Below are positions 45,874 to 58,883 of a stretch of 64,000 nucleotides of DNA, one piece after another (the first letter of the stretch is position 1; every line of letters starts with the position of its first letter). The stretch spans positions 6,200,001 through 6,264,000 of the forward strand of contig NW_027266266.1 of assembly GCF_022045235.1 (NCBI RefSeq), written 5' to 3'. A program made the position numbers and the translations under genes. The DNA comes from Haliotis cracherodii (taxonomy: Eukaryota). The notes below the pieces were generated by a model. It was not told the origin of the DNA and ran no database searches. It was given only the letters and a program-made list of their open reading frames with translations.

Positions 45874-45923
45874 CGCGACGTTAAACCCCATTTCACCTCA
45901 CCTCACCTCACCTCACCTCACCT
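45588..45923 (+). mobile_element. Family M SINE with (CA)n and (CCTCA)n tail
   Basis: Homology to 36521-36877. Confidence 0.87.
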
Positions 45924-46159
45924 CAATAAAGATAAAGGGGATAAGATATCCTTTGCGTTTATCTCTGACGTCACTACACATGTCCACTTTTATGGCGACA
46001 GGGGGTTCTTTGGGGTATTGCTCTTTGAAAAGCTTGCGGTATTTTATGTACGCTTCTAACACTAAGGACATGTGCTTCAGTGTTTATATGTACTACATCC
46101 TCAAATATTGATTGAGCGATTTTAACATTTCAATGAAGGTAGACTTTTTATAACTTCAG

Positions 46160-46303
46160 AGGCGGTCGGGTAGCCTCGTGGTTAAAGCGTTCGCTCGTCA
46201 CGCCGAAGAACCGGGTTCGATTCCCGACATGGGTACAATGTGTGGAGCCTATTTCTGGTGTCCCCCCGGCGTAAAACCATACTCACTCACTCACTCACTC
46301 ACT
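46160..46303 (+). mobile_element. Family D SINE with tail deletion
   Basis: ATAACTTC on both sides. Confidence 0.88.
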
Positions 46304-46610
46304 CTGATAACTTCGTCCTACTCATATGGTCACGTGATCGGACCTCTGTTGTCTTCTCTGGTAAACCAAAGTTCGCAGGTAGACTAAATGTTACAGGAAG
46401 ATGTTCTGATCCACTTAAAAAATGTATTATCACACTTCATAATGAGTATCACAACAATCAGGATCAATAACAGACAATATTTATTATAGATTTTCCAAAT
46501 GTGTTAGTTTGTGAGTCAACATTACCGATATTATACAACCGTGGTAAAGAAGATGTGCAACAGACACTAAGTTGCTCGATTTTCAATACATGTATATTCG
46601 CCACACAGTA

Positions 46611-47122
46611 CAATCTCATTAAAATCAGATCTATGACCGACCACTGAAACTACTAACAAGAAGTCGACATCAGCAAATTAGAAAGCAGCTTTCTCGAGCT
46701 TTACGGCACTCGTTTCAACCTGGCAACTTCCATTTCAGACTACGCTTGAAAAAATATGTTGCCACAGTTCTCGATTAAAATTTCGAAAACTGAACAAAAG
46801 AACATTCCAGAATGACTAATATATGGGTGCGATTGTATGACAGTGTTTCCCACACACTGTGCAACGCCGTTCAAATGTTTATCCCACTGAAGCGAGAGAT
46901 AGACGATAATTTTGACGGAATTAACAGTCGTTCGGAATACCCTGTGTTTACGTTTTCGAGGTTGCGTGATTAGAAAACCCATTCCGACTGTCACTTTCAC
47001 GATCTGGTAAGCGACGCTTTGATTGGTCGGATGAAAGGTCGTTCTGACGTGACCCGTAATTGGATGTCCTCAGATCTTTGTTCAACGTTAGCGAGAACTA
47101 AGATCTGATTATAATGAGATTG
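46611..47122. mobile_element. Second copy of the AcademH-like TIR element, opposite orientation
   Basis: Ends CAATCTCATTAAAATCAGATCT ... AGATCTGATTATAATGAGATTG; internal homology to 62053-62516; TSD degenerate. Confidence 0.75.
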
Positions 47123-48574
47123 ACACACATCATATATTAAAAATTAATTACAAAAGATGAAAATAATAGATAAAAATATTTGTACTTTTTGTGGGAATGA
47201 ACCGGAGAAAAGAAACATCTCTTTGTTTCCTATGAGCACGTGAAGCGATCGGACTGGAACGACCTGACTCTGTTTATTACAGGCACCTTGATATCAATGT
47301 TATTTTCACTGGTCTCCTCCCATTAGTAAGACAGCCCAGTTGTGAGACACCTTAAAACAACAAGGTCATACCTGGTTGCACATGTTAATCAGGTAATTAA
47401 CCCCTATCATGAAAATGGACTTGTCTTATTATAGACTGACTTTGAAATACACACAAGGAATTAACACCGGCCATAATTTCTTCAATAATAGTATGTTATC
47501 TGAACAGGTATATCTATATCTCAAGTATCAAAAACAATAAACCTACGCTTTCTTAAGAAAGATTAACGATAGTGTTCACGTGGAACAATTTATTACAAGA
47601 AAGAACCGCTGTGTTGCATAGTCTGAGGCAAAAAGACCAATGCAATTACTGAAATAATTTAATAAGAAAACGTTGCCAGGGATGTAAATACGCATTTATA
47701 TTCATTCTCCGACCAATATTACACTTTGTCCTTATGTCAAGAAATATGATTTTTGTCTGTACAGTTATACGCATTCAGTTCGATCTTAAAGTCACATACT
47801 TATCCTGACAATGCACGTGAAAACAAATATGCCTGAACATGTAACATGTAACATGTAACATCCTACTGGAATGAATAAAAAAATGGATATAAATGACTGA
47901 AATTATCATCAGTATAATCACCAAGTTGTCCGGTTCTATCTTTTAATACCCAACAATGTATAGTTTCTACAGGTGGCAAGTTAGCCGCCAATTCAACATA
48001 AGAACCTAAGTTTAATCAGTGCAATGTTTCGAACTCTTATCGTCATACAGTCAAGACCCTTCTCGTTTAACATCTGAAAAGATACATGTTTTCTTCACAT
48101 GAGAACAGATTATTGTCATACAAAGTGAAAATAGGATTTTAAAAATTTCGAACACTTTAATACATTTTGAAATATTATCTCTTTTTAACAATAGTTAAAC
48201 CACTCATCATTACAGATGTAAAATCTTGAAACGTAATTTTCACCACCCCTTGTAGTTGCGACTTAAAAAGTAGTTCCGAGTTTCCAAATCTTTAAAAATA
48301 TAAAAAATTGTAATAAAAATATTTGATCATACATTTGGATATGATCATATAACAGATGAACTAAAACATATCTTGAAAGCTACGAGACTGCTGTGGGAAG
48401 CGAAGGAATGCACGCTGGTCAAGTAACAAAGGTGGCGCTTTGCGAAACGGACAGTCTCCATCGACAAGTGAATGAGAATTTTACAGTTTGAAACGAAACA
48501 TTTTCAAGAGAATAACAAACGTCAAGAAGCGATATTTACTCCATAAATAACCATCTGTCATTAGTTGGCCTTGT

Positions 48575-50155
48575 TAAAGTATCATAGTACGCCGCCAAAG
48601 TGTCATAGTACGCCGCCATAGTGTCATAGTACGCCGTCAAAGTGTCATAGTACGCCCTCAAAGTGTCATAGTACGCCCTCAAAGTGTCATGTTACGCCTT
48701 CATAGTGTCATAGTACGCCGCCATAGTGTCACAGTACGCCGCCATAGTGTCAAAGTACGCCGCCATAGTATCATAGTACGCCGCCATAGTATCATAGTAC
48801 GCCGCCATAGTGTCATAGTACGCCGTCATAGTGTCTTTGTATGCCTTCATAGTGTCACAGTACGCCATAAAAGTATCATAGTACCCCGTCAAAGTGTCAT
48901 TGTACGCCGCCATAGTGTCATAGTACGCCATCAAAGTATCATAGTACGCCGTCATAGTGTCATAGTACGCCGCCATAGTGTCATAGTACGCCGCCATAGT
49001 GTCATAGTACGCCGCCATAGTGTCATAGTACGCCGTCATAGTGTCTTTGTATGCCGTCATAGTGTCACAGTACACCATCAAAGTATCATAGTACGCCGCC
49101 ATAGTGTCATAGTACGCCGCCAAAGTGTAATAGTACGCCGCCATAGTGTCATAGTACGCCCCCATAGTGTCATAGTACGCCGTCATAGTGTCATAGTACG
49201 CCGTCATAGTGTCATAGTACGCCGCCATAGTGTCATAGTACGCCGCCATAGTGTCATAGTACGCCGCCATAGTGTCATAGTACGCAGTCATAGTGTCTTT
49301 GTATGCCTTCATAGTGTCATAGTATGCCGTCAAATTGTCATGTTACGCCGTCATAGTGTGATTGTACGCAATCATAGTGTCACAGTACGCCGTCAATAGT
49401 GCCATAGTACGCCGTCATAGAGCCATAGTACGCCGTTATGGTGTCGTAGTATGCCGTCACAGCGTCATAGTGTCATAGTTCGCCGCCATAGTGCCATAAT
49501 ACGCCATCATAGTGTCATATTACGCTTTCAAAGCGTCATAGTAAGCCGTCATAGCCTCATAGTACGCCGTCATACTGTCATAGTACGGTATTAATGTGTC
49601 ATAGTACGCCGTCACAGTGCCATAGTACGCCGTCATAGTGTCATAGCCGCGTCCTAATGGCATAGTACGCCGTCAAAGTGTCATAATACACCGTCAAGTG
49701 TCACAGTACGCCGTCATAGTGTCTTAGTACGCTATCAAAGTCTCATAGTACGCCGTTATTGGGTCATAGTACGCCGTCACAATGCCATAGTACGCCTTCC
49801 TAGTTTCATAGTTCGCCGCCATAGTGTCACAGTACGCCGTTAAAGTGTCATAGTACGCTATCAAAGTGTCAAAGTAGGCCGTCATCGTGTCATAGTACGC
49901 CATCATAGTGCCAATGTAGGTAGCTATAATGTAAAAGTACGCCGTCAAAGTGTCATAGTACGACGTCAAAGTGTCATAATACGCCATCAAAGTGCCATAG
50001 TACGCCGTCAAAGTGTCATAGTACGCCGTCAAAGTGTCATAGTATGACGTCATAGTGTCATAGTACGCCGTCAAAGTGTCATGGTACGCCATCAAAGTGT
50101 CATAGTACGCCGTCAAAGTGTCATAGTACGCAGTCAAAGTGTCATAGTACGCCGA
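48575..50155. repeat. Same 21-bp minisatellite, inverted, downstream of GPCR copy B
   Basis: Reverse-complement units GTGTCATAGTACGCCG(T/C)CA(A/T)A. Confidence 0.96.
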
Positions 50156-50310
50156 CGACATAGAATGTTCATCATGTTTTGAGCCACTAGTTTCACAAAA
50201 CAAGACTCGGCTGTCGTCAGTTTTCACGTTCGATGTGTCTCTGTTACTATGGAAACAAAACGTTGGCCCTGAACGTTAGTGATGAGGTAGATGATTGAGT
50301 TGTCGTCACG

Positions 50311-51588
50311 TTAGGGGTTTCCATTTTGTTTTGGTAAAACATAGCTTCTTGAACGTGACCCTGGACTTGACATTTGTGTCGAAGGCGTCACGTTTAGGGG
50401 TTCCTTGTTGCAACAAAACATCTTTTTGAACGTGGCCCTGAACCTGACGTTGGTGACGACGTAGATGATGAAGTCGTTGGCGCTGTTGATGGTCCAGCCG
50501 AGAGACGAGATACTGCTGAATAGTTCTCTAAAATTGCGTTCTGTGCCCACGCGGGAAAATCGTGCTGGATCCAGTGTTTCCAGAACATTAACTGCAATAA
50601 GTGGAATGTAAACTATCAGAAAAAACGTAGAAATGATCATTAAGGTCAAGGTCACTTTCCATTGCTCATCTGATACCGTACCGAAGAGGGACTTGCGTCG
50701 ACTTCTGATGACAGATAATTGAATCCAGATACCGATGTTAAACACAAGAAGAAGGAACGGTGGGATATACGTCATGACAATTTTCAGGACGAAATTGATG
50801 TAAATTGTCATGAAGGACTGCAGTGGCTCGTGGTAGGCTGTAGGTTCTCTAACATACATGGATACATTGAACTGTCGGCTGAATCTCCATACAAAGCGTA
50901 TCAGGAATATGCGTGGAATATGTAACATGAATATGATGACAAACAGAGCTGTGGTGAGTTTTCCAGAATGACGGACGAGGAACAAAGTCTTGACCTTGAG
51001 CGGGAAGGATATAGCTATAAGTCTCTCCAGAGCTAAGATACAGATAATGTAGCACGACACTTTGGAAAAGGCTCTTTCCATATATTGCCAAACGGGAATA
51101 ACCAGCACAGATGACAGGTAGCTTGCATACACAACGTCGTACTCTCTTGATATATGCGTCGGCATGTGCAGGATGCCACAGAGAAGAAACCCGCAGTCAG
51201 CTATTAACAGACCCAACAGATAATGGTAGGAAGAGTGACGTAACGACTTGTGGAGAAGTACACAACATCCGATGACGTTCATCACAAAACCGGAAATACA
51301 CAAGATGGGTTTAAGAATCAGATTAATGATGAATGTTCCTTTTCTCGACACTTCTGCGCTGACTAATCCGGGTACATTGTCAGGCGTTGTCCGACGAGTG
51401 ACTTTTGGCTGGGTCTGGGTAACATTCGTCAAGGTAGACGTGTTTGTCCTTGTAGTCGGTGTTGACGAGTGGGTGCCGTGGTTTATCGTCATGGTCGAGG
51501 CTTTACTCACACCGACGTCTAAGGCGAGAGACCATTCAGTAAGTAAAAGTGTTGAAAGGACGGATATGCTGATGTACAGTGCCCGCAT
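50311..51588 (-). CDS. Orphan class A GPCR, copy B (inverted duplicate of copy A), 425 aa
   Basis: Same length and same acceptor-ATG context as copy A; 11 amino-acid differences by manual comparison. Confidence 0.92.
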   Translation of the reverse strand: MRALYISISVLSTLLLTEWSLALDVGVSKASTMTINHGTHSSTPTTRTNTSTLTNVTQTQPKVTRRTTPDNVPGLVSAEVSRKGTFIINLILKPILCISGFVMNVIGCCVLLHKSLRHSSYHYLLGLLIADCGFLLCGILHMPTHISREYDVVYASYLSSVLVIPVWQYMERAFSKVSCYIICILALERLIAISFPLKVKTLFLVRHSGKLTTALFVIIFMLHIPRIFLIRFVWRFSRQFNVSMYVREPTAYHEPLQSFMTIYINFVLKIVMTYIPPFLLLVFNIGIWIQLSVIRSRRKSLFGTVSDEQWKVTLTLMIISTFFLIVYIPLIAVNVLETLDPARFSRVGTERNFRELFSSISSLGWTINSANDFIIYVVTNVRFRATFKKMFCCNKEPLNVTPSTQMSSPGSRSRSYVLPKQNGNP

Positions 51589-51824
51589 CTGTAACAGAAA
51601 ATCTGTGTTGATAGTTACTTCGAGTGAGTGGGGTAATATAGTTCTAATGTAGCCTGTAGCGGTAAATTGAAGAGCATTTCGCCAACGAGCCAATTTCGAG
51701 GATAATCAAGAAACTGCAAGTCCCGAGGCTTGAGCTTCATCATAAATTTCACAGAGGACACATAATCCGCTTTTTCGCGGTGCCAGTCAATTATTTCACA
51801 CAAAAAAACATTTATTCGTGAATT

Positions 51825-52062
51825 GGGAGCATGGGTGGCCTTGACGTCTAAGCCGCCGCAATTCTGTGTGCACACCAAAACCTTTGATCGTAGGTTCGAA
51901 TCCCGATTCGCCCCGATTATCTTTCTAGGTTTGTCAGTACCCTACCCGTGCCCTTAGGTTTCACCAAGTGGTAAACGTCAGAGACTTAAATCACTTTCCT
52001 CCCACGTAAAGCTGACACACCGTGATATAACCTGGAATACTGTTCAAAACTCACTCACTCAC
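51825..52062 (+). mobile_element. Family V SINE, diverged
   Basis: A and B boxes, body and ACTC tail. Confidence 0.85.
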
Positions 52063-52910
52063 GTTATTCATCAATTAAGCTTATAAAAAACACTACTTAG
52101 TCGTGCGCAATACATAAGTGTGCTCATTAGATAACGGGAAACTTTATTCACATGCGCCATAAACGGATAACTTGGCTCCGCCCATTAAGACAGTGACGGT
52201 AACACGGACATGGGAAGGCTGTTCTCATTGGATAACTGTAAGGGTCATGTTATAACGATGGTTGCCGTGTCAAAATTATTTTGTCTTTTCCAGTATTAGA
52301 TCAAATATGTTCGAGGTTTGATTAAGTACCCGGTTTGGTCATGGAAAACTCTGGGTAATATGCTTGGGTCAAATAATTTTATGAGAGCATTTAAGCAGTG
52401 AGGCAAACATAATTATACAGTTCAAAAACTACAATGTTTGTCTTTTCTGTAGTCTGTAGATATATGGATGTTCAGCACATATGCAAATATAGAAAGGGTG
52501 GAGGTTACTTTTTTCCAAGTATATGAATAGAGGATATTTGTCTTTTCTTGTCGAATAACATATTTATCACATCAGGTGACCTGGAAATGTTTCTACTGTA
52601 CGAGTGACTCATATATGAGTGAAAACATCATCTTTGTCGGGTCACAAGTTGAAACAATAATATTATGTGAAAAGACAAATGATCTGCTTCTTATGTATTT
52701 TCAAACACGATCACGCTGAATAACTTAGTGTCACTGAAACCGACTGAAAGGAGTTTCGGCGATTCACTCGAGTGAGGTATCAATTTCATTGTTTCAGATA
52801 AATGCACATATAGTATTTCATCACTTAATGACTGATACAATATCAATGTCTACCCAACAAAATGAAAAACATCCACCTTTTAAATTGTAATGTTGCATTC
52901 ATACTGAAAC

Positions 52911-53416
52911 ATCTTCCCGAGGCAAGGGATTTTACTGTCTTTAAAAGTCCAATTTCCACCCTTGCCGAATTGGCTTGAAATTCTAGCGCCACCAGTGGAT
53001 ATTACGAAGTATGTCCCTCCTACTGACCAATATTCCACTTCTCATATCTCTTGCATTTACTTCAAACAAAATGGCGGCGCCCAGTCAAGACGATCACATC
53101 GATAATAAAGATCTTTATTGTAATAAAGTGCGTCTTACTTCACGAAGTGCATCAAATCACTTGAGCACCTTGATTAAAAATGTGAAAAAAATGGAAAATA
53201 TGTTTCGACGCCCAGTTGAAGGTACACGTGCTCTGCAAATCCTGTAATCGAACGAATTCGCCATAGTGGTTGCCATGTTGTTTCGGAACCGGATGTCGAT
53301 GACGTATTTTGATTGCATAGACTATGCATAGACTCGTTGGTCCAGCCAAAATATAACTCCATAATTCCAACCTAGTTCGGCAAGGGTGGAAACTAACCCT
53401 TACCTCAGGAAGATGA
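52911..53416. mobile_element. Non-autonomous TIR DNA element, superfamily not determined
   Basis: Imperfect ~50-70 bp TIRs starting CATCTTCC(C/T)GAGG. Solo right ends at ~26296-26367 and ~60734-60924. Confidence 0.7.
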
Positions 53417-55913
53417 TTTTGAATGGACTTACTAAACTGCTCATTTCCAAATTAATATAAAGAGGCATATTATCTTCCACCACCTCACAATAAGATAACC
53501 CAGTAGGTTTTTTCTCCTAATTAACCCGATTTACTTTTGAAAATGTGACTAGTTGCACAACCATTGCCCACAGAAACACCTCGAAGAATGTCTTAATACT
53601 TCCAATGTTTAGCTGAAGACAAGCCGGCCCTGTGATGCGGATCATTAGGTCGATGTTTTCATGCGCAAGTTTTAGTGTGAAAAGGCATGTTCATATTTAG
53701 GTATCGAATGGAATTACATATCTGATTTTGACCAATCAGAATCGAGCTTTTTTCAGCGACAGGGAAGAGTTAGTATTCATCCGGGAATACAGCCACACAT
53801 TGTTTGGAGTACTGGTGAATTCAGAGTGGTGCTATTTGTCGTGGCAACGACACCTCATGCCCTGAGTGAACACACAAGATCATTGAGCATGTGTCACTTG
53901 TCTGGGTAAACCATTTGTGATTTTTCGTAAGTTTGATTATCGGGGTCGACGATAATAAGAAAGACTGGAATTAATCTTTTTTTCACATTGCTGATTTTAA
54001 GGGTCGGCAGGTCGGGAAAGAAAGTAATAAAAAATATAAAGCCTCATCCGAGCTGGGAATGTGGGGATTTTGCTCGTTCCGAATCGTTAGTCACGTGGCG
54101 ATGTCACGCGAGAGTGTCTGGTGGTCAGGCTCGGTGACTTGGTTGATTCAACGTCATCGAACCCAGACTGCTGTTTGTTGCTCAGTTAGTGATACCCCAT
54201 AAGTCAGACACCCGATTAGTCAGACAGTTTAGTAGGGATGGCTTATAAAAACATGCGAGGCTTACCTGTTGTGATAATGGATCAGTCCTAGATTTAAATA
54301 GACTGGTAGCTATGTTTAAGAAGTAAAATCAGTAAAATGATGAAATACTGAGACACAATGTCATGCGGTAAAACTCTGTGTGGATATAGAAATATAGAAG
54401 TACCAATATAAACTAGAAAATGTGCAACAATCATAATAGATTCTAAATGTTTATTAAAACATATGTACATTGGGACATATTATTATATATAAACTATAAC
54501 AGCATTATGTATATATGTTCTGTGGTGTAAAACTTCATATTTCGTAGATAGACATACTATATTTACCTACAGATTAAACGGCGCAATACATACTGTAATA
54601 ACAGAATGCTCATGCACACATAGATTAAAATGATGGACAGTTTGGAACACTTTAAATAGTATTCCGATTGTTGGTGTGCTTGTTTTCCAAAAGCTTCCAG
54701 CTTCGGTGTACGGCCAGGCGTATGTTGTAATACATAAATACCGTCTTACATAAAGTGAAACCCCAGTCCTCCGGACGGTGTTGTTCCTTGTGAAATCATC
54801 CGGAATAACAAATGTGTTGGATTATTTTACAGGTGCATATGTATGTAGACTGATATCAATAGAGAAGCTATGGTCACATATGAAAACATTCAACATTCAT
54901 TAAATTTCTGGTCTTGGTGTTAGTTATTCTTTGACTAAATAAAGGTTAATAAAAATACTTTCATTCCATGTTGTGTGAATAGTGGAATAAGTTAGATGTA
55001 TAAACGTCTCGCTACATGAAACCGCCATCGTTTTACTGCATGATACATTCTACAAGGTAAAGTATGGCCACTTGTGCTATTTCCTTCCATATCTCTGTAT
55101 TTCACTGTATTTCCTTCTACATGCCCTGTACAAATACACGTGCATACCTCCACATAACATGGGTATTGTTGCAGTTTGTGAACATGAAAGGAAAGCATGT
55201 GTACAAAATTCCTATCGCCTGTTCCACTAGTCACGGTTCACATAATCCACAGCACGAATCCACATCTATAAACTCCGAGGCTTGCTATATTTGATCTGAA
55301 AATACACGAGGGTAAAATACTACTTATCTTCCGAAATCATTCTTCCATTTATTTCGGTAGTAAACAGTGTCTTTAATGTAAAAGGTACAGCTATCCAGCT
55401 GAAGTGGCAGAAAGAGTTGTGACGTCATTCAGTTGTGATGGCGTGATAACGATGACGTCACAGTGGTCTGCAAAGCCATGTGATATGGTTTGTTATCGCC
55501 CACGCGATAGCTCGTGTTAAAAAAACAGTTTTGCATGATAAATATGCCTCTCAGTTGTATCTCTTGACTGTCCTAAATAACTAGTCCTGCTAAAAAATAA
55601 CAAAATGTTCGTTTCTTCCGTCTTGCAATGGAACTTTGGCCATGATGCTCTCAGCACCGATGCAACAAACGCTGCACTATAAATTATAGCGCAAGAAAGA
55701 TGCAGACAGTTTCTGAACAACTTTTGGAAAATATTCATTGCCCATCTTATGAGAACAAGAATCCTGTTTTCACATATCTCAATATCACACACAACTTTCA
55801 GTCGTATTCTCAACCAAATATATCTTTCCCATTGATTTTTTAAAATTTGTTTCGCTCTGTCGCTCACTCTGAAGTGTAGGGTGGAGATGTAAACACACTG
55901 AATATTGGACGAC

Positions 55914-57323
55914 CTAATAGGATTCGTGATTTATAGCTTCTTGTCCCTTCAACCCTTCAGGATGAATATTACTTGGTTGTCCCCAAACGTTATCACTATC
56001 TTTCACAACGGAAGCGATGTCACTGCGCGTGCTCTGTGGAGAGTTGCTGCCCGTGTGACTGATGGTTGAAGGACTGCAGCCCTTCTTCGGGCCCAAAGGA
56101 CAGCTGCGTCTCTTTCCCATATTCCTTCGCCTCCCACAACACATTTTGTAAAGGGCCAGCCTGAAACGATCGCTGGTCCCCAAATAAACGGTGAAGTCGA
56201 TGGCAGCATTGATCGACCAACCCAACGAAATGAACGATGGAAAGACCATCACGAGGTAATGTTCACGCTTAAAGGGGCGATAACCCGGATCGTTTTGTGT
56301 TAGGTTGCGGACCGCTATCAACGGAATGTAGACCATGAGAAAGAACCCCGATATGACGAACACGGTAATAATTAGTTTTTGTTGTTCAATATTATTTGAA
56401 TACGAAGTTTCGGCCATTAAGCGCTTCCTGAAGTTGCGGATTTTCTGAATCTGGACTATTATGCATATGTTCACCACACAGATGAACACCGGGGGAAGAT
56501 ACGTAAACAGGATGTCGTATGTCATGTCGTAAACAGTCAGCACGGTGGCCATGACGCTTCCGTCTTCGTGCCTGACAGGTGTTAACCCCGTGAAGCTCAT
56601 GTTCAATTCCTGATCAAATAGGGTCGCATATTCGAAGTTGGTGACTTTAGGGATGTGAAACACCAAGATGATGATACCCACCGTAAAGGATATGGATTTG
56701 GAATGGCGGGATAGGACAAAGTCTTTGACCTTGAGTGGCCGAAAAATGGCGATTAATCGGTCCAGCGAGAACAGCATGATGCAGTAGGCGCCTAGTTTAC
56801 AGAAAGCGATCTCGATTAGCTTATCTGGGTAGGGTATGATGGTGTTTTCTATATTCGTAGCTTCAACTGGGTCAAAATATCCATAGAACTTGACTGCCGA
56901 GCGGAGAAGTCCACACAGAAGATATCCCGAATCAGCGATGGACAATGCAGCTAGGTAGACGTAAAACCCGTGCCGTAAGGCTGGTTGAAGAAGTACACAT
57001 ATACCGATGACGTTTAACACAAGTCCTACCAGGCAGACGATTGGTTTGATGACGATGTCAAGCGTGATTTTTATTATTTTGTATTGTTGACGAGACACCA
57101 AGCCTCTGTCGATGAGAGGGGGTTCAGTTGGTTGAGTGGTGTTCGACTCTGGGTGTGTTCTTGAGACATTGCCCCCAGCTGCATCATTGACATACGTGTC
57201 ATGCTGGTCTTCGTTTTGTCTACTTGGTAAAGGTGATGGGTCTTGGCGTGGAACGTCTGTTGCTTCGCAACCGTGTATGAAAATGATTGCAGTCAGAACC
57301 AAGGTAGCTAGATAGGTTGTCAT
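55914..57323 (-). CDS. Orphan class A GPCR, diverged paralog, 469 aa
   Basis: GCCACCATG Kozak 18 nt after acceptor ttttcatag. Signal peptide, 7 TM, LSIAD, LDRLIAI, FLMVYIP, NAAIDFTVY, RFR, CC. Confidence 0.93.
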   Translation of the reverse strand: MTTYLATLVLTAIIFIHGCEATDVPRQDPSPLPSRQNEDQHDTYVNDAAGGNVSRTHPESNTTQPTEPPLIDRGLVSRQQYKIIKITLDIVIKPIVCLVGLVLNVIGICVLLQPALRHGFYVYLAALSIADSGYLLCGLLRSAVKFYGYFDPVEATNIENTIIPYPDKLIEIAFCKLGAYCIMLFSLDRLIAIFRPLKVKDFVLSRHSKSISFTVGIIILVFHIPKVTNFEYATLFDQELNMSFTGLTPVRHEDGSVMATVLTVYDMTYDILFTYLPPVFICVVNICIIVQIQKIRNFRKRLMAETSYSNNIEQQKLIITVFVISGFFLMVYIPLIAVRNLTQNDPGYRPFKREHYLVMVFPSFISLGWSINAAIDFTVYLGTSDRFRLALYKMCCGRRRNMGKRRSCPLGPKKGCSPSTISHTGSNSPQSTRSDIASVVKDSDNVWGQPSNIHPEGLKGQEAINHESY

Positions 57324-57510
57324 GGTGGCCGCGTTGTGGGACTATGAAAATAAAACAGGATAATAACCGATATAATATGAATGTATGAGAACATGGAAAA
57401 ATGAATATGTCGTAAATACATTATGTATCACGCAATGCAATCACGGGCGCGGGGGAACCCTTTGTACTTACAGGGAGTTAGATAGTTATATATGAGAGCA
57501 TAGTTTCACT

Positions 57511-57770
57511 GAGGGGGCATGGGTGGCCCAGTCGTCTAAGGCGCCACGATTCGCTGTGCAGAGTTGCGTCCCTTGGGCACGCCAGAAACCTATGATTGTG
57601 GGTTCGAATCCGGGTTCGCCCCGATTATGTTTCTAGGTTTGTCAGCACCATACCCGTGCTCGTGGGTTTCACCGAAGTGGTAAACGTTGGAGACCTGCAT
57701 CACTTCGGGCTTTCCTCCCACATTAAGCTGACACACCGTGATATAACTGGAATACTGTTAAAGCGGCGTT
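57511..57770 (+). mobile_element. Family V SINE
   Basis: Full body; TTTCACTGAG on both sides. Confidence 0.9.
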
Positions 57771-58728
57771 TCACTGAGTGAGGGAGTCAAAGCTTGAACA
57801 GTGTACAGTTATAGACTATAAAACGACAAACGTCAAACCTAGAAACATAATCAGCGCGAATCTGGGAATTCAAACCAACCACCATAAGTTCCTGGCACGC
57901 ATAAGGGACGTAACTCTGCACGGCGATTTCTGGTGCCTTACATCCCGCATCTACGGAGGCTCTTACTCGGATGCTAACTTAGCCGAATATACCACTGCTA
58001 CAATAGACCCACGTGCAAATAGACGACTGCATCTGTCCTGAGTACCTTTTCCCAGGAAGTTTATTCAGATGTAATCTTGTATTTTTTTAATGTGAAGTTT
58101 GCCCGATATGCGGCTTTTCCATTGGACGAGAAGTCGGTGACATGACCAAAAATTGACGTTCACAAGTGTATGAATGACACAATTTGACGTTCATACGTTT
58201 ATCAAGAGACTGTATTCTTGAAATGACGTTAACACTGACGGACAAGTTTCACATTCCTGGGGAATCCCCTAGGAATTCCATTGCAAAAATACACACATAA
58301 GCGTTGTAACTGATCATGTAGACCCTTTAATCTTGAACTCGGCGTTTTAACATACATTGAGAAAAGTCAGAGAGTTTGACTGAATGATCGTTCACGAATA
58401 TCCTCGCTACGACTCATACTAGTGAACAAAACGAAAAATGCCCTTGCAAACGTTCTTAGTATCGACATCCTCCGTGCCTTAACTAACAGTGACAGTATAC
58501 ATAAATCTATTAATTAACCTTAGTATCTATTTGACACATCTTTATAATCACCTTTCAATTATCGGCCAACTGATCAATGATGACCAACATATGCAACTGC
58601 TACATAAACAACTTCGGAAATCTCCCCCGTCTCGTGTATCGTGTCGGTCATTGTGACGATTTGTACTTGATGTAAATGTATTATGACGCGCTGTCATTGT
58701 TACTGACTTACTGAGGGAGCTCTTAACA

Positions 58729-58883
58729 GTGAGTGAGTATGGTTTCACGCCACTTTTAGCAATTTTCCAGCAATATCACGGCACCGGAAAATAGGGTCAA
58801 GCATTGTACCAATGTGGGGATCCGAACTCGGGTCTTCGGCGTGACGAGCCATCGCTTTAACCACTAGGCTACACCACCGTCCC
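58729..58883 (-). mobile_element. Family D SINE, diverged
   Basis: TSD AGCTCTTAACA. Confidence 0.85.
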
